Counted from the first letter of the stretch, positions 42,655-58,016 are shown. The stretch: DNA of 64,000 nucleotides from Octopus vulgaris (GCA_951406725.2 OX597836.1:6882001-6946000), one strand, 5' to 3'. The notes: generated by a model not told the origin, from the letters alone. Made by a program: numbers and translations.

Positions 42655-43114
42655 CGGTGGTGGTGGTTGTGGTGGTGGTGGTTGTGGTGGTGGTGGTGGT
42701 GGTGGTGGTGGTGGTGGTGGTGTCACCGGCGGTGGTGGTGTCACCGGCGGTGGCTGTGATGGCTTTCTTTCCAAAACTTATAAATAATAAGGGATGAAGA
42801 AATTGTAAGAAAAGTAGTCGCTTTCGAATAATAATAATAATAATAAAAAGAAGAAGAAAAAGGAGGAGAAGAAGGGGGAGGTGGAGGAAAAGAAAAAGAA
42901 GAAGAAGAAGGAGGAGGAGGAGGAGGAGAAGGAGAAGGAGAAGGAGAAGAAGAAGAAGAAGAAGAAGAAGAAGAAGAAGAAGAAGAAGAAGAAGAAGAAA
43001 AAGAAGAAGAAGAAGAAGAAGAAGAAGAAGAAGAAGAAGAAGAAGAAAGTTGAGGAAGCAAAGGAAAGCAAGAAGAGAAAGAACAACAATAACAGCAACA
43101 AGATGCTGATATTG

Positions 43115-43146
<32 letters not shown>

Positions 43147-43212
43147 GATGATGTTGACGATGATGATGATGATGATGATGTTGATGGTGATGATGATGAT
43201 GATGATGTTGAC

Positions 43213-43249
<37 letters not shown>

Positions 43250-43389
43250 TTGATGATTTGTATTGATAATATATATGGCTTTCAAATTCTTATGAAATAA
43301 TACGTCTAAAAAATATAGGAAAATGTATTTTCTTTGGAATAACAATAATAGTAATGATGGTGATGATAATGATGATGATGATGATGATG

Positions 43390-43438
<49 letters not shown>

Positions 43439-43445
43439 TGATGAT
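42594..43445. repeat. Compound trinucleotide array (TAG/GGT/AAT/GAA/GAT)
   Basis: Direct reading; source of the 308-aa homopolymer ORF. Confidence 0.95.
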
Positions 43446-43497
43446 TCCATTCATGTTAAGCAACAGTACTAATATGTTTATGAACTATATATATATA

Positions 43498-43552
<55 letters not shown>

Positions 43553-44141
43553 ATAAATATTCCTGTGGGCGTGTCGGTGTGAGTGTGAAAGAATGAAATG
43601 AAACGATAAAAAATAAGTGAATGAAATGAAGGTGGGTTTGGAAAGAGAGCGAAATAAGCAGAAATGAAGAGATTTCTGTTGAAAACAAGAAAAATAATAA
43701 TATTTTTACCGATTTTTACGAAGCTTTATTGAACTCTTCTATTTTTATCAGTTAATTCGCCGTTTCTCATTCGTCTTTATTACTCGGTTATTTTGTCTTT
43801 TATTTTTATTTTCTGTTGGACAGAGCCGCCATTTTGAAATTTTTCATTCTCCTTCGAGTCGGCCATCTTTGTTTCTCTATTTCCTCTCCATTTTGTTGTT
43901 CTTTTTCTTTCTCTCGCAATTCTCTTTCCTTTCACATTTTCTTTAATTTCTTTCGTCTAGTTTTCGTTTTCAATTTCTTTTCTTTTCTTTTCTTTTCTTT
44001 TCTTTTTTGTCTTGCTTTTTGTATTCATTTTCATTTTCTATTTCTTTTTTGCACATTTTCTTCCATTTTTTTCATTTAACACTTTCCTTCATTTATTCAC
44101 TATTTCCTGTTATTTCACAGACACACACACACACACACACA

Positions 44142-44180
<39 letters not shown>

Positions 44181-44759
44181 ATGCACGCAAACGCAGGCAC
44201 GCATTTTTACGTTTCAGCTTCGAACTGTCAATATTCTCACCCACCATCACACCGGATGTTACAATCTGCAGTGTTTGTGAAACAACAACAGTAATCTCCC
44301 TTTTACATTCTTGACTTTCTCTTCCACCATTTTCTTCTGTTACTGAACGTTTCCCTCCTCCCCTTAAACATCATCACCATCCTCTTCATTATCGTTATCC
44401 TCATCATCATCGTCTTCATCATCATCATCGCCATTTTCCCTGTCTTCTTGCTCTCCATCATCAACATTACCAGCAGTAGCAGCAACATCGTTGTCATCAC
44501 CCCCCCCCCATCGCACCATTGCAACCATCAACGCTATCGCTATTAGTGCACCATCAACGGCAACCACTTTTGTGTTCGCCTGCTACAGCTATATAGAATT
44601 GTTATAGAGAATGTATGGTGAAATTAAAGAGTGAATTTTACAAAAACCAGATACGGAGTGGTTGGAGGAGGAGGAAGAAGAAGAGGAGAGAAGGGAGGAA
44701 AGAAGAAGGTGAATAAAAATTGTAACAGTAGGCAGTGTGCATGCAGACAGTGTCTTTAA

Positions 44760-44930
44760 GACCCGAGGACTTATTCTTTTTAACTCTATTACTTAATTCA
44801 TCGGTCTCTTTTTTCCGAACCGCTAAGTTACGGAGACGTTAATACACCAACATCGGTTGTCATTCGATGGTAGGGGGACAGAGATGCAAAAAGAGATACA
44901 CATAAATATATACGGTTTCAGTCTACCAAA
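44760..44930 (-). mobile_element. SINE family A fragment
   Basis: ggacttattcttt..tcggtctctttt.ccgaaccgctaagttacgg.gacgt.aa.acacca. Confidence 0.8.
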
Positions 44931-45788
44931 TACATACGCACTCACGTGCGTGTGCGCGCGCACGTGTGTGTATTGTGCGCGCACGTTTGCATGCACTCAG
45001 AATGTTTTGAATATTTTTTCTTGATATCTTGATATTTCGCACACAATGTTCCTGATCAATATCAATATATGAATGCTGGATTGAATAGAAGCAGTGAATA
45101 AATTAGAAATGATTCTAAATAGAACCGTTTAAATCGTTCACGAAGGACACAGTAAAGATATTCTTTAATGCAGCTCAGAGTAATAAAAATTAGATTCTCT
45201 CCACTTAGTGAGTTCGTTTTAAAAAATATTTTTTTACCACTTATATTTCGACCCTGGGAAATCTAATTTTTCTTCTGTTTACCGGCTAGCGAAATTTAAC
45301 AATGCCAATGTTTGATATTTGTGCGACTACATTAAATTAATCAATGGTCTTCCTAAATTTTAGTGGGTAGTACCTTGCTTTTTGCTTGGCTTTTGTTCTT
45401 AAAGGATGACTCATCTCTCTCTTTCTCTGTTGCATTATCTTAGCTGTAGGATAGTCACTCCATATTTTGTTTTTCAATTGCATGCTAAGCATCTAGTTTG
45501 GAGTTAGCAGATACAATTGTTGTCGCACCATAAGTAGAGGCATTGGGAATTGAGAAATTTAATGAATAAGTTTGAAAGGCGTAATAAATTCATTTGAATA
45601 TTTTAATGTTATATTTCGGACAAAATTACTCTTTTCAAGATAGGAGTTGGAATAAATGGATAGATAATAAGACAGAAAAGAGAAATGGGTCAGGAATGAA
45701 GAGATATATAAATAAAAATTTATACATGCACACTCACAGAACACATGCTTGTACATGCATACATATGTACATACACCTTTATACATAC

Positions 45789-45838
<50 letters not shown>

Positions 45839-45957
45839 ATGTGTATACATATACATATTTATTTCTTTATTCCCCATATGGAGTTAAACATACAGGGGGG
45901 GGGTAAATATAGAGTGGAATATATATATATACATATATACATATATAGTTAACCTTG

Positions 45958-46345
45958 AAGGCGCAATTGCCCAGTGGTTAGGGCAGCGGACTCGAGGCCG
46001 TAGGATCGCGGTTTCGATTACCAGACCGGGCGTTGTGAGTGTTTATTGAGTGAAAACATCTGAAGCTCCAAGAGGCTCCGGCAGTTGGGTGTGTGTGTGC
46101 CGAAGCCTGCTGATTTCTTTCACCACACCTTTCTCTCACTATTTCTTCCCGTTTCTGTTGTACCTGTATTTCAAAGGGGCCAGCCTTGTCACACTCTGAA
46201 CCACGTTGAATCTCCCTGAGAACTACGTTAAGGGTACACGTGCCTGTGGAGTGCTCAGCCACATGCACGCTAATTTCACGAGCAGGCTGTTCCATTGATC
46301 GGATCAACTGGAACCCTCATCGTCGTAAACGACGGAGTACCACGA
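45958..46345 (+). mobile_element. SINE family B, full length
   Basis: aggcgcaattgcccagtggttagggcagcggactcg..ggtttcgatt.ccagaccgggcg..gatcggatcaactggaaccctc.tcgtcgtaa. Confidence 0.92.
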
Positions 46346-46439
46346 GATGTCGTTGACCAAATTCGCTTAACCACTGAGCGCTTTTTAGCGATCTGCCTGG
46401 ATTTATTAATCTGTTTTACCTACTTCCTAATCCCTTTTT

Positions 46440-46626
46440 TCTCAAGTCATTTCAAATCATAGGACCGGTTTCCGTGGCTTATGTATCCTTAATCTCGATG
46501 GGGCGCCAGCCTCTTTCTAGATTCCTCATTTTTGCCAGCTGAGAGAACTGAAGCAAGCCCGATCTGGGAATCGAAACCATAATCTTACGATCGTAAATTC
46601 AACACCCTAACCACTAAGCCATGCGC
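46440..46626 (-). mobile_element. tRNA-derived SINE fragment
   Basis: Minus strand gcgcatggcttagtggttagggtgttgaatttacgatcgtaagattatggtttcgattccc (A/B boxes). Confidence 0.75.
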
Positions 46627-46683
46627 CGGCACACACATATATATACTTGTGTGTGTGTGTATTTTATTATTATTATTATTAGG

Positions 46684-46779
<96 letters not shown>

Positions 46780-46955
46780 TTCATCATATATCTATATAGC
46801 ATGTATACATTATGTTGTACATGCTGTACCTGCAAACATTTATCAGCTTAAGTACTGTTTTTAAATACGAAAAATACGCACTACATGCATACACACACAC
46901 AAACACACACACACAAACACACACTGATACTGTGTGTGTGTGTATATATATATAT

Positions 46956-47012
<57 letters not shown>

Positions 47013-47023
47013 CATACATACAT

Positions 47024-47082
<59 letters not shown>

Positions 47083-48142
47083 CATATATACATATATATA
47101 CATATATAGACTAACTGTATGTATGTCTGCATTTGTGTTGACGGAAAGAGACAGAGACAGAAAGAGACAGACAGAGAATGAGAGAGAGACAGACAGACAG
47201 ACAGACAGAGAGAGAGAGGGTGACGCTGAGTTGAAAGAAAGATATTTATATACGTGTGTACATGCACGGAAGTCTGCCATATTCTTGCACACACAAGCAC
47301 ATACATCTACGTATGCTTTCACATATTCATGGAGTCGTGCAAACACCAATACACAAAAATACACTTATATAATGAAACATATGTAAATATATATATATAT
47401 GTGTGTGTGTGTGTGCGTGTGTTTGTATGTCTGTGTGTATACATATATATATGTGTGTGTATATATACATATATATATATATATATTATATATGTATATA
47501 AGTATATATATATATGTATATACATATATGTGTGTGTATATATATGTATATACATACGTATGTATACATACGTATGTATGCATATGTATGTATGCATTAT
47601 GTTAAATGAACTGGAAAGATAATACGTCACAAGAAGCAAACTGCAAGAATGGTAGGTGGTATTACAGAATGGTAAAGGAAAGTTTTCATTCACACACACA
47701 CACGTGCACACACACACAGAGGCACACATAAACATACACTCACACACACACACGTAACTCCCCACAGACGTGAAGACACATACACATTAACTCTACAACA
47801 GCCACTCCACACACACACTCTTTCACATCTACATACACACACACACATGTAATATACATATCTATAAACACATGCATACACATTAATGTGCACATACACA
47901 TGAATACACAAACACACACACACACACACATTCACTCTAGATTTCACACACACTCACGCACACAGACACACACATCACCTGTCCGTCTCTCTCTCTCTCA
48001 CTCTCACTCACTCTTGCTCCCTCTCTCTCTCTCTCATTCTCCCGTACACACACATACATGCACATAGTTACAGACACATACGTACACATTAGTACACTTC
48101 AATATACACACACATTCACTCTAGAATTCTCTCTCGCACGCA

Positions 48143-48180
<38 letters not shown>

Positions 48181-48474
48181 TATACATGAATACACACACG
48201 GACACACACACGGACACACTCACACTCACACACACATACATATACATGAATACACACGCACATACAGACACACGAACACGCACACACACACTTTCATTCT
48301 GGAACTACACACATATACACCCACATGCATTTATGAACACACATACACATAAATACACGTCCGTAGGTACACACAAGCACCCGTTAAGACAATTCATTGC
48401 GTAATATTTACATGAGAGAAGAGGATATTAATGTGGGATGTAGGGTTGGGGCAAGACTTTAGGGTGGAAATCGG

Positions 48475-48687
48475 GTGGTTGAGCTGGCACAATCGTTAGC
48501 ATATCGAGCTAAATGCATACCGGTATTTCGTTCGACTTTACGTTCTCAGTTCAAATTCCACCGAGGTCGAATTTACATTTAGTCATTTCGGGGTCGATAA
48601 ATTAAAAACCAGTTGCGTACTGGGGTCGATCTAATCGACTGACCTCCACCCCACAAAAACCTTTCGTCATTTCAGAGGTCGATAAAA
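48475..48687 (+). mobile_element. SINE family C
   Basis: gagctggcacaatcgttagc..gttcaaattccaccgaggtcga..tttcggggtcgataaatt..ccagttgcgtactggggtcgatctaatcgact. Confidence 0.85.
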
Positions 48688-48689
48688 TA

Positions 48690-48904
48690 TGAAGGAAGAC
48701 AAAACGTTCCTGGCTTTGGGCAAAAGAAAAATAGAGGAGCATCAATTAATTATGATTTTATTCAACATATTCCCCTCTCAGATGCACACATTTAATGCAA
48801 CGGTCCTTCAGTTTTTCTAAGCCCTGTAAAAGAACTCGGAAGGTTGGACCTCCAACCAGGTTTTCGACAATAGCCTTAAAGCTAGGAACTATTGAGCACT
48901 CCTT

Positions 48905-48906
<2 letters not shown>
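48690..48906. mobile_element. Complete mariner-derived MITE (about 217 bp)
   Basis: TA-flanked TIRs tgaagg..aaa.gttcctggcttt / aaagctaggaactattgagcactccttcc; retains transposase C-terminal codons. Confidence 0.8.
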
Positions 48907-48941
<35 letters not shown>

Positions 48942-48943
<2 letters not shown>

Positions 48944-49102
48944 CGGGAAGCTTTATGAAAATAAACATCAGACAAAGGCAGGTGGAATACAAACAAACAA
49001 TTGTATTAGTATGGCGCTCAGGAATATAAATAAAACAAGTCTTTTACGTTTCGAGCCTACGCTCTTCGACAGAAAGATACACAGAAAAGATACACAGAAA
49101 AG

Positions 49103-49103
<1 letters not shown>
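48942..49103 (-). mobile_element. Penelope-like terminal fragment between two (TA)n tracts, with minimal hammerhead at 49040-49077
   Basis: UCUUU-CUGUCGA-A-GAGC-GUAG-GCUC-GAAA-CG-UA^AAAGA; stems I and II are perfect. Confidence 0.75.
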
Positions 49104-49143
<40 letters not shown>

Positions 49144-49396
49144 GGAAATGTACCTGCATAGCAAGTGACCTGATCTGAGATCGTGTGCAGCGTGGAAGGT
49201 GTTTATAATCCATTTAAAACACACAAAACCCATTAGATTCACTTCAACATTTAAATTTGACATTGATAGTTACATATATATATCTTTTATCATTTACTTG
49301 TTTCAGTCATTGGATTGCAGCCATGCTGGAGCACCACCTTAAAGGTTTAAGACGAACAGGGCTTTCGCTGTTTAATCCTATATTATTTATTTGCCT

Positions 49397-49522
<126 letters not shown>

Positions 49523-49535
49523 ACACATATGTACA

Positions 49536-49718
49536 TGAGGGGCGTTGAAAAGTTTCTGACTTTGGGTAAAAGAAAATAGAGGAGGATTATGATTTTATTC
49601 GATATATTTCCCCTCTCAGAATCACACTTATTGCTGTTGCCCTTCGATTCTTCGATTCTAAGTGGCGTCTAAAAATTCGGAAGGTTTGGCCTTCAGCCAG
49701 GCCCTTCGCGATACCTTC
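49536..49718 (-). mobile_element. Mariner-derived MITE fragment
   Basis: tgaggggcgttgaaaagtttctgactttgggtaaaagaaaata..; same family as 48690. Confidence 0.75.
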
Positions 49719-49825
49719 ACACATAAATGTACGTGTGTATGTATGTATGTAGAAGTGTGTGTGTGTGTGTGTGTGTGTATGCATGTATGTATGTGTGTAT
49801 GTATGAGTGTATGTATGTGCGTATG

Positions 49826-49868
<43 letters not shown>

Positions 49869-50021
49869 GAGTGTCTATGCGCACGTGTTCGCATGTTTAT
49901 CTCCATTCCGTTCGGTTATACGGAAATACGTATGTGCATTCACATGTATACATACATGCATACTTGCACACACATATGTGTGTGTGCGTGTATCTCTGTG
50001 TCTGGTGTGTGCTTGCGTGTT

Positions 50022-50063
<42 letters not shown>

Positions 50064-50130
50064 AGCATATATATACATATATATATATATGTGAGCATAT
50101 ATATACGTATATATATATATGTATGTGTGC

Positions 50131-50161
<31 letters not shown>

Positions 50162-50342
50162 CATATATATACACATATTTAAATGTTAGTATATGTTTCT
50201 CTATAATCATGTACAAATATGGGTGTGTTTGCGTTTTTGTGTATACCTGTGAGCGAGTGTATGTGTATATGTATATATATATATCTGCTCGTACGATTGA
50301 ATAGCAATCACTTTATGGCTTTTGTGTGCGCATATATATGTA

Positions 50343-50444
<102 letters not shown>

Positions 50445-50540
50445 ATACACACGTGTGAAATAGGATTCTACTGTGTTGTTACATTGTTTGTGTCCCGGAG
50501 AATGCATGTGCATATGTGTTAGTATGTTTGCGAGTATGTG

Positions 50541-50614
<74 letters not shown>

Positions 50615-50901
50615 GAGCAGCAATCAGTGTGTTCGAAGTTATAGAAAAGGGAGAGGGTAGTGGGGGGGGAGGAGTGTAGAGATAAGAATGTATGAATATG
50701 GAGGAAATTGGTTAGAAAATGGTAATTTTGGCTTTTGTTGGCACAATTTGAAAGAAAGGATGCTGCCAAATGGCGGCGGCGGCGGGGTGGCGGGGGCGGC
50801 GGTGATGGTGGTGGTGGTGGTGGTGGTGGCGGTGATGGTGGTGATGGTGGAGGTGGTGGTGATAGTGATGGTGGTGGCTGTAGTAGTAGTGGTAGTAGTA
50901 T

Positions 50902-50941
<40 letters not shown>

Positions 50942-50945
50942 TGTT

Positions 50946-50976
<31 letters not shown>

Positions 50977-51113
50977 TTGTTGTTGTTATTGTTATTGTTG
51001 CTGTTTTATGCGTTTAAGTGGCCGCGTTATCTTTTCATTATGCCCTGCGTGGCAAAGTAGAGAAATCGCCGTAATCCTCACCATTTAATGTTGTCGTCAT
51101 CCTCATCAGCATT

Positions 51114-51154
<41 letters not shown>

Positions 51155-51170
51155 CATCACCATCATCATC

Positions 51171-51217
<47 letters not shown>

Positions 51218-51733
51218 AGTCACTGTTACCATCATTAACATCACCTTTCATCATCGCCCTTGTCGCCACCATCACTACAATCGCCACCGTTTCAAAACTA
51301 CCTGTATATAAGTGTGTGATAAATACGAGAATATGTCTTTACACGCGCACACACACACACATACAGACATATAAACACACACACACATAAACACATACGC
51401 ACATACGTACATATACAGCACGCCCACATACACCGACCACACATCCACGGACACACATACACACACATATACATGTGTATATATATATATATTTATATAC
51501 ATATATAATTCTACATACGTACACACACACACACACACACATACTCACACACACACATATATATCAAAGAGTGTGTATGCTTATGTGTGTGTATGCTTAT
51601 CTCCATTCCCTTCACTTGTATGGGAATATGTATATGCATTCACATGTAAACATACATGCGTTCTTGCACACAAAATAATATAGGCGATTGCAGGCCCCCA
51701 AAAAGCATTAAATAGCTGAAGGACTAAAATTAA

Positions 51734-52076
51734 TCAAAGCACATATAAAGTATGTCTACCTCTTATTTAAATCGCCAAAACACACTAATGATAAACTACA
51801 GAAATCAACCACCCGAAGGCAAACGGGCTAAAACAATCTACCGACGTATATTTAAGTATTTGGACTCCCGTGGACCGGTTTCTGCACTGGCAAAAGTTTT
51901 TTAGCCAGAGCAGAAACCGTGAGTCCAAATATTTGAATGTACGTTGGTAGATTGTCTTAGCCCGTTTGCGTTCGGGTGGTTGATTTCTGTAGTTTATCAT
52001 CAGTGTGTTTTGACGATTTAAATAAGAGTTTTGATTCTTATTTCCAGCAGGTAGACATACTTAGTATGTCCTTTGA
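51734..52076. repeat. Long imperfect fold-back (about 160-bp arms, tiny loop near 51897) abutting (TA)n
   Basis: For example atgataaactacagaaatcaaccacccgaa.gcaaacgggctaa versus ttagcccgtttgc.ttcgggtggttgatttctgtagtttatcat. Confidence 0.95.
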
Positions 52077-52078
52077 AT

Positions 52079-52119
<41 letters not shown>

Positions 52120-52223
52120 CTTTTGGCGCTTTATATGTCATAACTTTTTATATGGATATACACACCCACACATATATATATATATGTATATACATTTCTA
52201 TATGTATATCTATACATATATAC

Positions 52224-52280
<57 letters not shown>

Positions 52281-52292
52281 GATAGATAGATT

Positions 52293-52350
<58 letters not shown>

Positions 52351-52410
52351 TAAATGTATATATGTATAGATATACATATATACATATAGAAATGTATATA
52401 TATATATATA

Positions 52411-52444
<34 letters not shown>

Positions 52445-53049
52445 ACATTTAGTGACGAATAAATTTTTTCTTCATTGTATTATTTTGCGCCTCGCTGTTT
52501 ATATAAATTTTATGTGTGTGTGCGCATGGATATATATATATTTATACACTCACAAATATATACACACGTACTTATATACATATGTATAAACGTACATAAA
52601 CATACATATGTTCATGTATGAATATACACATACATATAAATGTGTGTGTGCGCGTGCACTCATGAGAGGACAGCAGGGTTTCGAGTTGAATAACCCTTGA
52701 TGTCTATTGAGCGTGAATGACTTCAGGAAAAGATTTACAAGGAATTGTTTAGAAAGCGACATCTTGACAATGGAGATTGCCTGGAGGGTTCTCTTGCCCT
52801 TTTCATTGGAGAACCTTTAAAAAGGAGACCCCTGCCTTAGAATAACAGTCTCGAGGAGTTAGTAATTAGGTCCCTGTTGATGAACACAATCAGAACAAGC
52901 GCCCTTACATAAGGTTCAGTTTCAGATGAGGAGGTAAAGAAGGAAGAGAAGAAGTCTCTTATATTATGATGATTATTGAACTAGCCAATTGGCCAGACAA
53001 CGACTACGTCAGCATCAGCAGCAGCAGCAGCAGTAGTAGCAGTCATACC

Positions 53050-53300
53050 GGTTTCAAATTTTGTACAAGTACAGCAATATCGTGGAAGAGGTTAATTCGA
53101 TTGTATCGACCCCAGTATTTTACAGCTGCTTATTTTATCGACCCTACAAGGACGAAAGGTAAAAATCAAACCCGGCGGAAATTGAACTCAGAACGTAATC
53201 CTTTCTACTCTAGGCACAAGGCCCGAAATTTTTGGCGAGGAAGCCAGTCGATTAAATCGACCTCAGTACGCAACTGGTACTTAATTTATCGACCCCGTTT
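53050..53300 (-). mobile_element. Two SINE family C 3' fragments
   Basis: atcgaccccagta..ttatcgaccc; cctttctactctaggcacaaggcccgaaatttt..caactggtacttaatttatcgacccc. Confidence 0.8.
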
Positions 53301-53538
53301 TTTTTTCTTTCTTGTTTTTTTCTTAATATTTTTACTAGTTTCGGTCGTTGATATGCGACCATACTGGGGCACCACCTGCAAGGATTCAGTCAGACATATC
53401 GACGCCTGTACTTATGTTTAAGTGTGGTTGTTACTGTATCAGTGTCGTTTGTCGAACTTCTAAGTGACAGGGAATTAACCAAACCAGCACCGGTGCTCAA
53501 GCGGTTGCAACAAAAAGAAACAAAGATATACACACGTC

Positions 53539-53602
<64 letters not shown>

Positions 53603-53607
<5 letters not shown>

Positions 53608-53745
53608 TTTTTAAAAAACGCAGAAAAAGACAAGAAAAGGTAACAACGTTAGGACGTAGTACATGTAAAGTATTAATAAGACACTCAGAGAAGAAAAAGT
53701 GTGGTTGTTTTACGTTTCGAGCATAGCTCTTCTTCGGAGATGAAG
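53603..53745 (-). mobile_element. Penelope-like terminal fragment with hammerhead variant at 53706-53742
   Basis: CCGAAGA-A-GAGC-UAU-GCUC-GAAA-CG-UA; stem I is degraded; U-rich tail to (TA)n; related to 10952-11160. Confidence 0.6.
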
Positions 53746-53759
53746 CTAATACTTGAAAT

Positions 53760-53984
53760 GAATGGCCATGGGATCGCACTTAGAAGGTTCCTCTCCTAGG
53801 CACAAGTCCGGGCAAGGTTGTTTATGGAAGACCAACAGTCGCTCATGCGTGCCAACCTTCCCACTCCACGCTACCAGTGTTATCCAAGGGAAAGGCAAAA
53901 GCTAATACAGCTTGGCACCAGTGACGTCGCAACTCATTTTCTACAGCTGAGTGAACTGGAATAACGTCAAATAAAGTGTCTGGG

Positions 53985-54041
<57 letters not shown>

Positions 54042-54194
54042 ACAAAGGGTAAAATTAATTAATTAAGGAGTAATCAATAATTTCACCAAGTAGAATTCGG
54101 TATGAAAAAAGGACCATTTCACGGTAAACTTAAGTAATACTAATAAAAGAGTTCAGTGTGTGGTGAAGCAAATCTTTGCTGGACCCTTTTATTA

Positions 54195-54266
<72 letters not shown>

Positions 54267-54772
54267 TGCCACAGCCTTAGTGCTGAAACGTGTAAAAGAA
54301 TAAAAGAGTTAAAATAAGAATTGAATTGTCACTAACTGTGATTGAGGGTATTATGTAGCACTTATATTGCTAGAAATAAGAGTTAAAGTCACTTAGAGCT
54401 GCAAGAAAGTACATTTTCATACACTGACAGAGGAGATAACTACATCACTAGACTAGACTAACTTTGTTAGTGTCTTATTAATACTTTACATTGTGAGTTC
54501 AATTCCTGGATTGGACTGTGTTGTGTTCTTAAGCAAGACACTTTATTTCACATTATTCCAGTTCACTCATCTGTAGAAATGTGTTGTGACGTCACTGGTG
54601 CCAAGCTGTATCAGCCCCTTTGCCTCTCCCTTGGATAGCATTGGTAGCATGAAGAGGGGAGGCTGGCATGCATGGGCGATTGCTGCCGATCTTCCTTAAA
54701 CAAACTTGCCCAGACTTGTGCCCCAGAGGGTTACTTTCTTGGTGCAATCCCATGGTCATTCATGACTGGAGG
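53760..54772. mobile_element. Inverted pair of another SINE family (53760-53980 -, 54490-54772 +)
   Basis: atacagcttggcaccagtgacgtc.caac.catt versus aatg.gttg.gacgtcactggtgccaagctgtat; ccatgggat.gcac versus gtgcaatcccatgg. Confidence 0.85.
54139..54196. repeat. 18-bp inverted repeat with 22-nt loop at the edge of a (TA)n-flanked 160-bp insert
   Basis: actaataaaagagttcag ... ctggacccttttattagt. Confidence 0.8.
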
Positions 54773-54949
54773 GTATCTTTACCCTATATGTACATATGTA
54801 CATATGCAAGTATATATCTACGATGGGCTTCCTCACAGTTTCCCCCTACCAAATTCACTCACAACGCATTGGTGAGCTAGGGGCGTGCAGTGGAACTGAA
54901 CTCGAAACCAGTGGTTGCATGTAATTTACGTTAGAAAAAAGCTCAAAGT

Positions 54950-55404
54950 GTAGAATGATGAGGACGTCATCAAAGATGAGGTGGATGACAACAACAACAA
55001 GCACATCACCGACATTGATGACAATGATAATGACAACTACAACGATGAAAACGACGACGACGACGACGGTGACGGAGGCAATGATAATGATGACGATGAT
55101 GGTGATGGTGATGATGACAATGATGATGATTGTGAATATGATGATGGAGGAGGAGGAGGAGGAGGAGAAGGAGGAGGAGGAAAAGGTGAAGGAGGAAGAG
55201 GTGGAGGAGGAGGATAGTGATGGTAGTGGTTATGATGATGATGACGACGACGAGGACGATGACGGCGATGATGATGATGATAAAGGGAGAGAAGGAGGAG
55301 GGGGAGGAAGAGGGGAATGAGGAGGAAGAGGTGGAGAGGAGGATAGTGATGGTGGTGGTTATGATGAGGATGAGGACGACGACGACGATGATGACGATGA
55401 TGAC

Positions 55405-55435
<31 letters not shown>

Positions 55436-55700
55436 ACGACGACGACGATGATGATGATGATGATGGTGGCGGCGGCGGTGGTGGTGGTGATGGTGGTGAT
55501 GGAGGTGGTAGTGTTAGTGGCAGTGATGTTCATGACGATGGTTGTGGAGGTGATAGTGGTGATGGTGGAGGTGGTGCTGATATGATGATAATGATGGTGA
55601 TGATGATAATGATGTTGAGTAGAATAAGGAGAAGAAGGAGGAAGAGAAGGATGTGATGACGACGACGACGACAATGATGTCGACGACGTCGCTGCTGTTG
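54950..55700. repeat. Compound GAT/GAC/GAG/GGT trinucleotide tract
   Basis: Direct reading. Confidence 0.9.
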
Positions 55701-55800
55701 TTGATCTTGTCAATCTCTGAGACATGATTGAGCAGCCGATATATATGTATACAGCGGTGTGTGCGTGAGTGTTTGTGTGTGTGTGTGTATTTGTGTGTGT

Positions 55801-55908
<108 letters not shown>

Positions 55909-56055
55909 GTGAGCATCTATAGGATAATAAATGGCGCTGGGATGGGTTGTCGGTTGAATCGTGCACGCTCAACTAGCCACTCCATAGATCAAGGTAACCT
56001 CGGATCCATGAAAAACTCTTAAAACACACATTTTGCTCTGTGTGTGTGTGTGTCA

Positions 56056-56130
<75 letters not shown>

Positions 56131-56286
56131 AGTGAGTGAGTGTTGTAATGTAGGTACTTGTGTTGCGAACTTCACTGTTTAACATAACAACAGCGGAATT
56201 ATAAAAAAAAGGTCTCTTACACACAAATATGCTTATGTATGGGGGTGTGTATCTATGTGCGTGCAAATGTGTATGTATATATATAC

Positions 56287-56348
<62 letters not shown>

Positions 56349-56544
56349 ATATGTATATATATACATATATATACATATATCTATACGCATATAAATATAC
56401 GTATATACGTATGCATATGTATGTATATGCGTGTATGTATGCATGTATGCATGTATGCATGTATGTGTGCATATATGTGTATATATGTATATATATATAT
56501 ATTATATATATATGTATATATATATATATATATATAGGTATATC

Positions 56545-56576
<32 letters not shown>

Positions 56577-56594
56577 TATATGTATATATACGTG

Positions 56595-56676
<82 letters not shown>

Positions 56677-56806
56677 TATATAGCTGGAAATCTATGTTGC
56701 GTTTCCTAATAAGGTATACTTTACAAGTCAAATTTATATGTATACATATTTGTGTAAGTAAATGTATGTATACTGTATGTATATATATATATAGATAGAT
56801 AGGTAT

Positions 56807-56849
<43 letters not shown>

Positions 56850-56928
56850 CATACATACATACATACATACATACATACATACATACATAGATACATACAT
56901 ACATACATACATACATAGATAGATAGAT

Positions 56929-56987
<59 letters not shown>

Positions 56988-57151
56988 CCCGCACACGCTC
57001 TCACATCTAGTTGTCTACACATTCACACGAGCATAAATGCATAAACTCACACACAAATACGTACATCAATTCGTACGTCAACAGAACGCACACATATAAA
57101 CATGCATACGAACACAAACACGCAAGAGAGAGAGAGAGAGTGAGAGAGAAA

Positions 57152-57216
<65 letters not shown>

Positions 57217-57769
57217 TGAGACGTACCAGCTTATATACGTCACACTAAGGGTTTTCTCTCCATTGTGTATCGGCGTTCGAGCAGAAACAGAGAGAAGAGA
57301 GAGAGAGACACGAGGGAAAAGTAAAAGACAGAAAAAGGAAAGAATGAAAGAGAGAGAGACAGAGATGGTAGGAAGTGAGAGAGAAATAGTAAGAGATAGA
57401 AGGAAGTATGAGAAAACGAAAGTGAAAGTGAGAATATTTAAATATGAACAACCAAAATATATGCAAAAATACGTGATCGAAAGTAAAATGTTTTTGTTGC
57501 TTGTTCCGAAGGTGAGGGCTATTGACTGGACTCTGCCCTTTTTTCTATTCCTTTAACTGTTTTTATTTTATTTTATTAATTTATTTTTTGTTCGTTGCAC
57601 TCTGTAGGTGGGGCGATGAGAGCGTTGTATTATAACCGATCCGGTTTCGATTTCCACTTGGTAACGCTTCACTAACGGCATTAATTTCCTTTACAAAAGA
57701 ACGGACGTGAGAAGTGAGAAAAGTTTTAATGAAACTCTCTCTCTCTCTCCCTTCCTATATATCTATACC

Positions 57770-57807
<38 letters not shown>

Positions 57808-57948
57808 ACGTGTGTGCATGTGTGCGTATGTGTATGAAAGAAAAGGAGACCATGGTAAAGAACAAAATGACAGACAAAGCTACCGATCTAACTGTTTATT
57901 TATCTATCTTTCTTTCTATCTATCCATCAGATAGATAGATAGACAAGC

Positions 57949-58016
<68 letters not shown>

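Noticed and set aside
42524-43450. Longest ORF in the track (308 aa, poly-L/H/T)
   Set aside because: Compound trinucleotide repeats only.
45958-46030. tRNA gene-like sequences (also at 11248, 18367, 37778, 46560)
   Set aside because: They are SINE heads: no complete cloverleaf or acceptor stem, and they run into shared SINE bodies.
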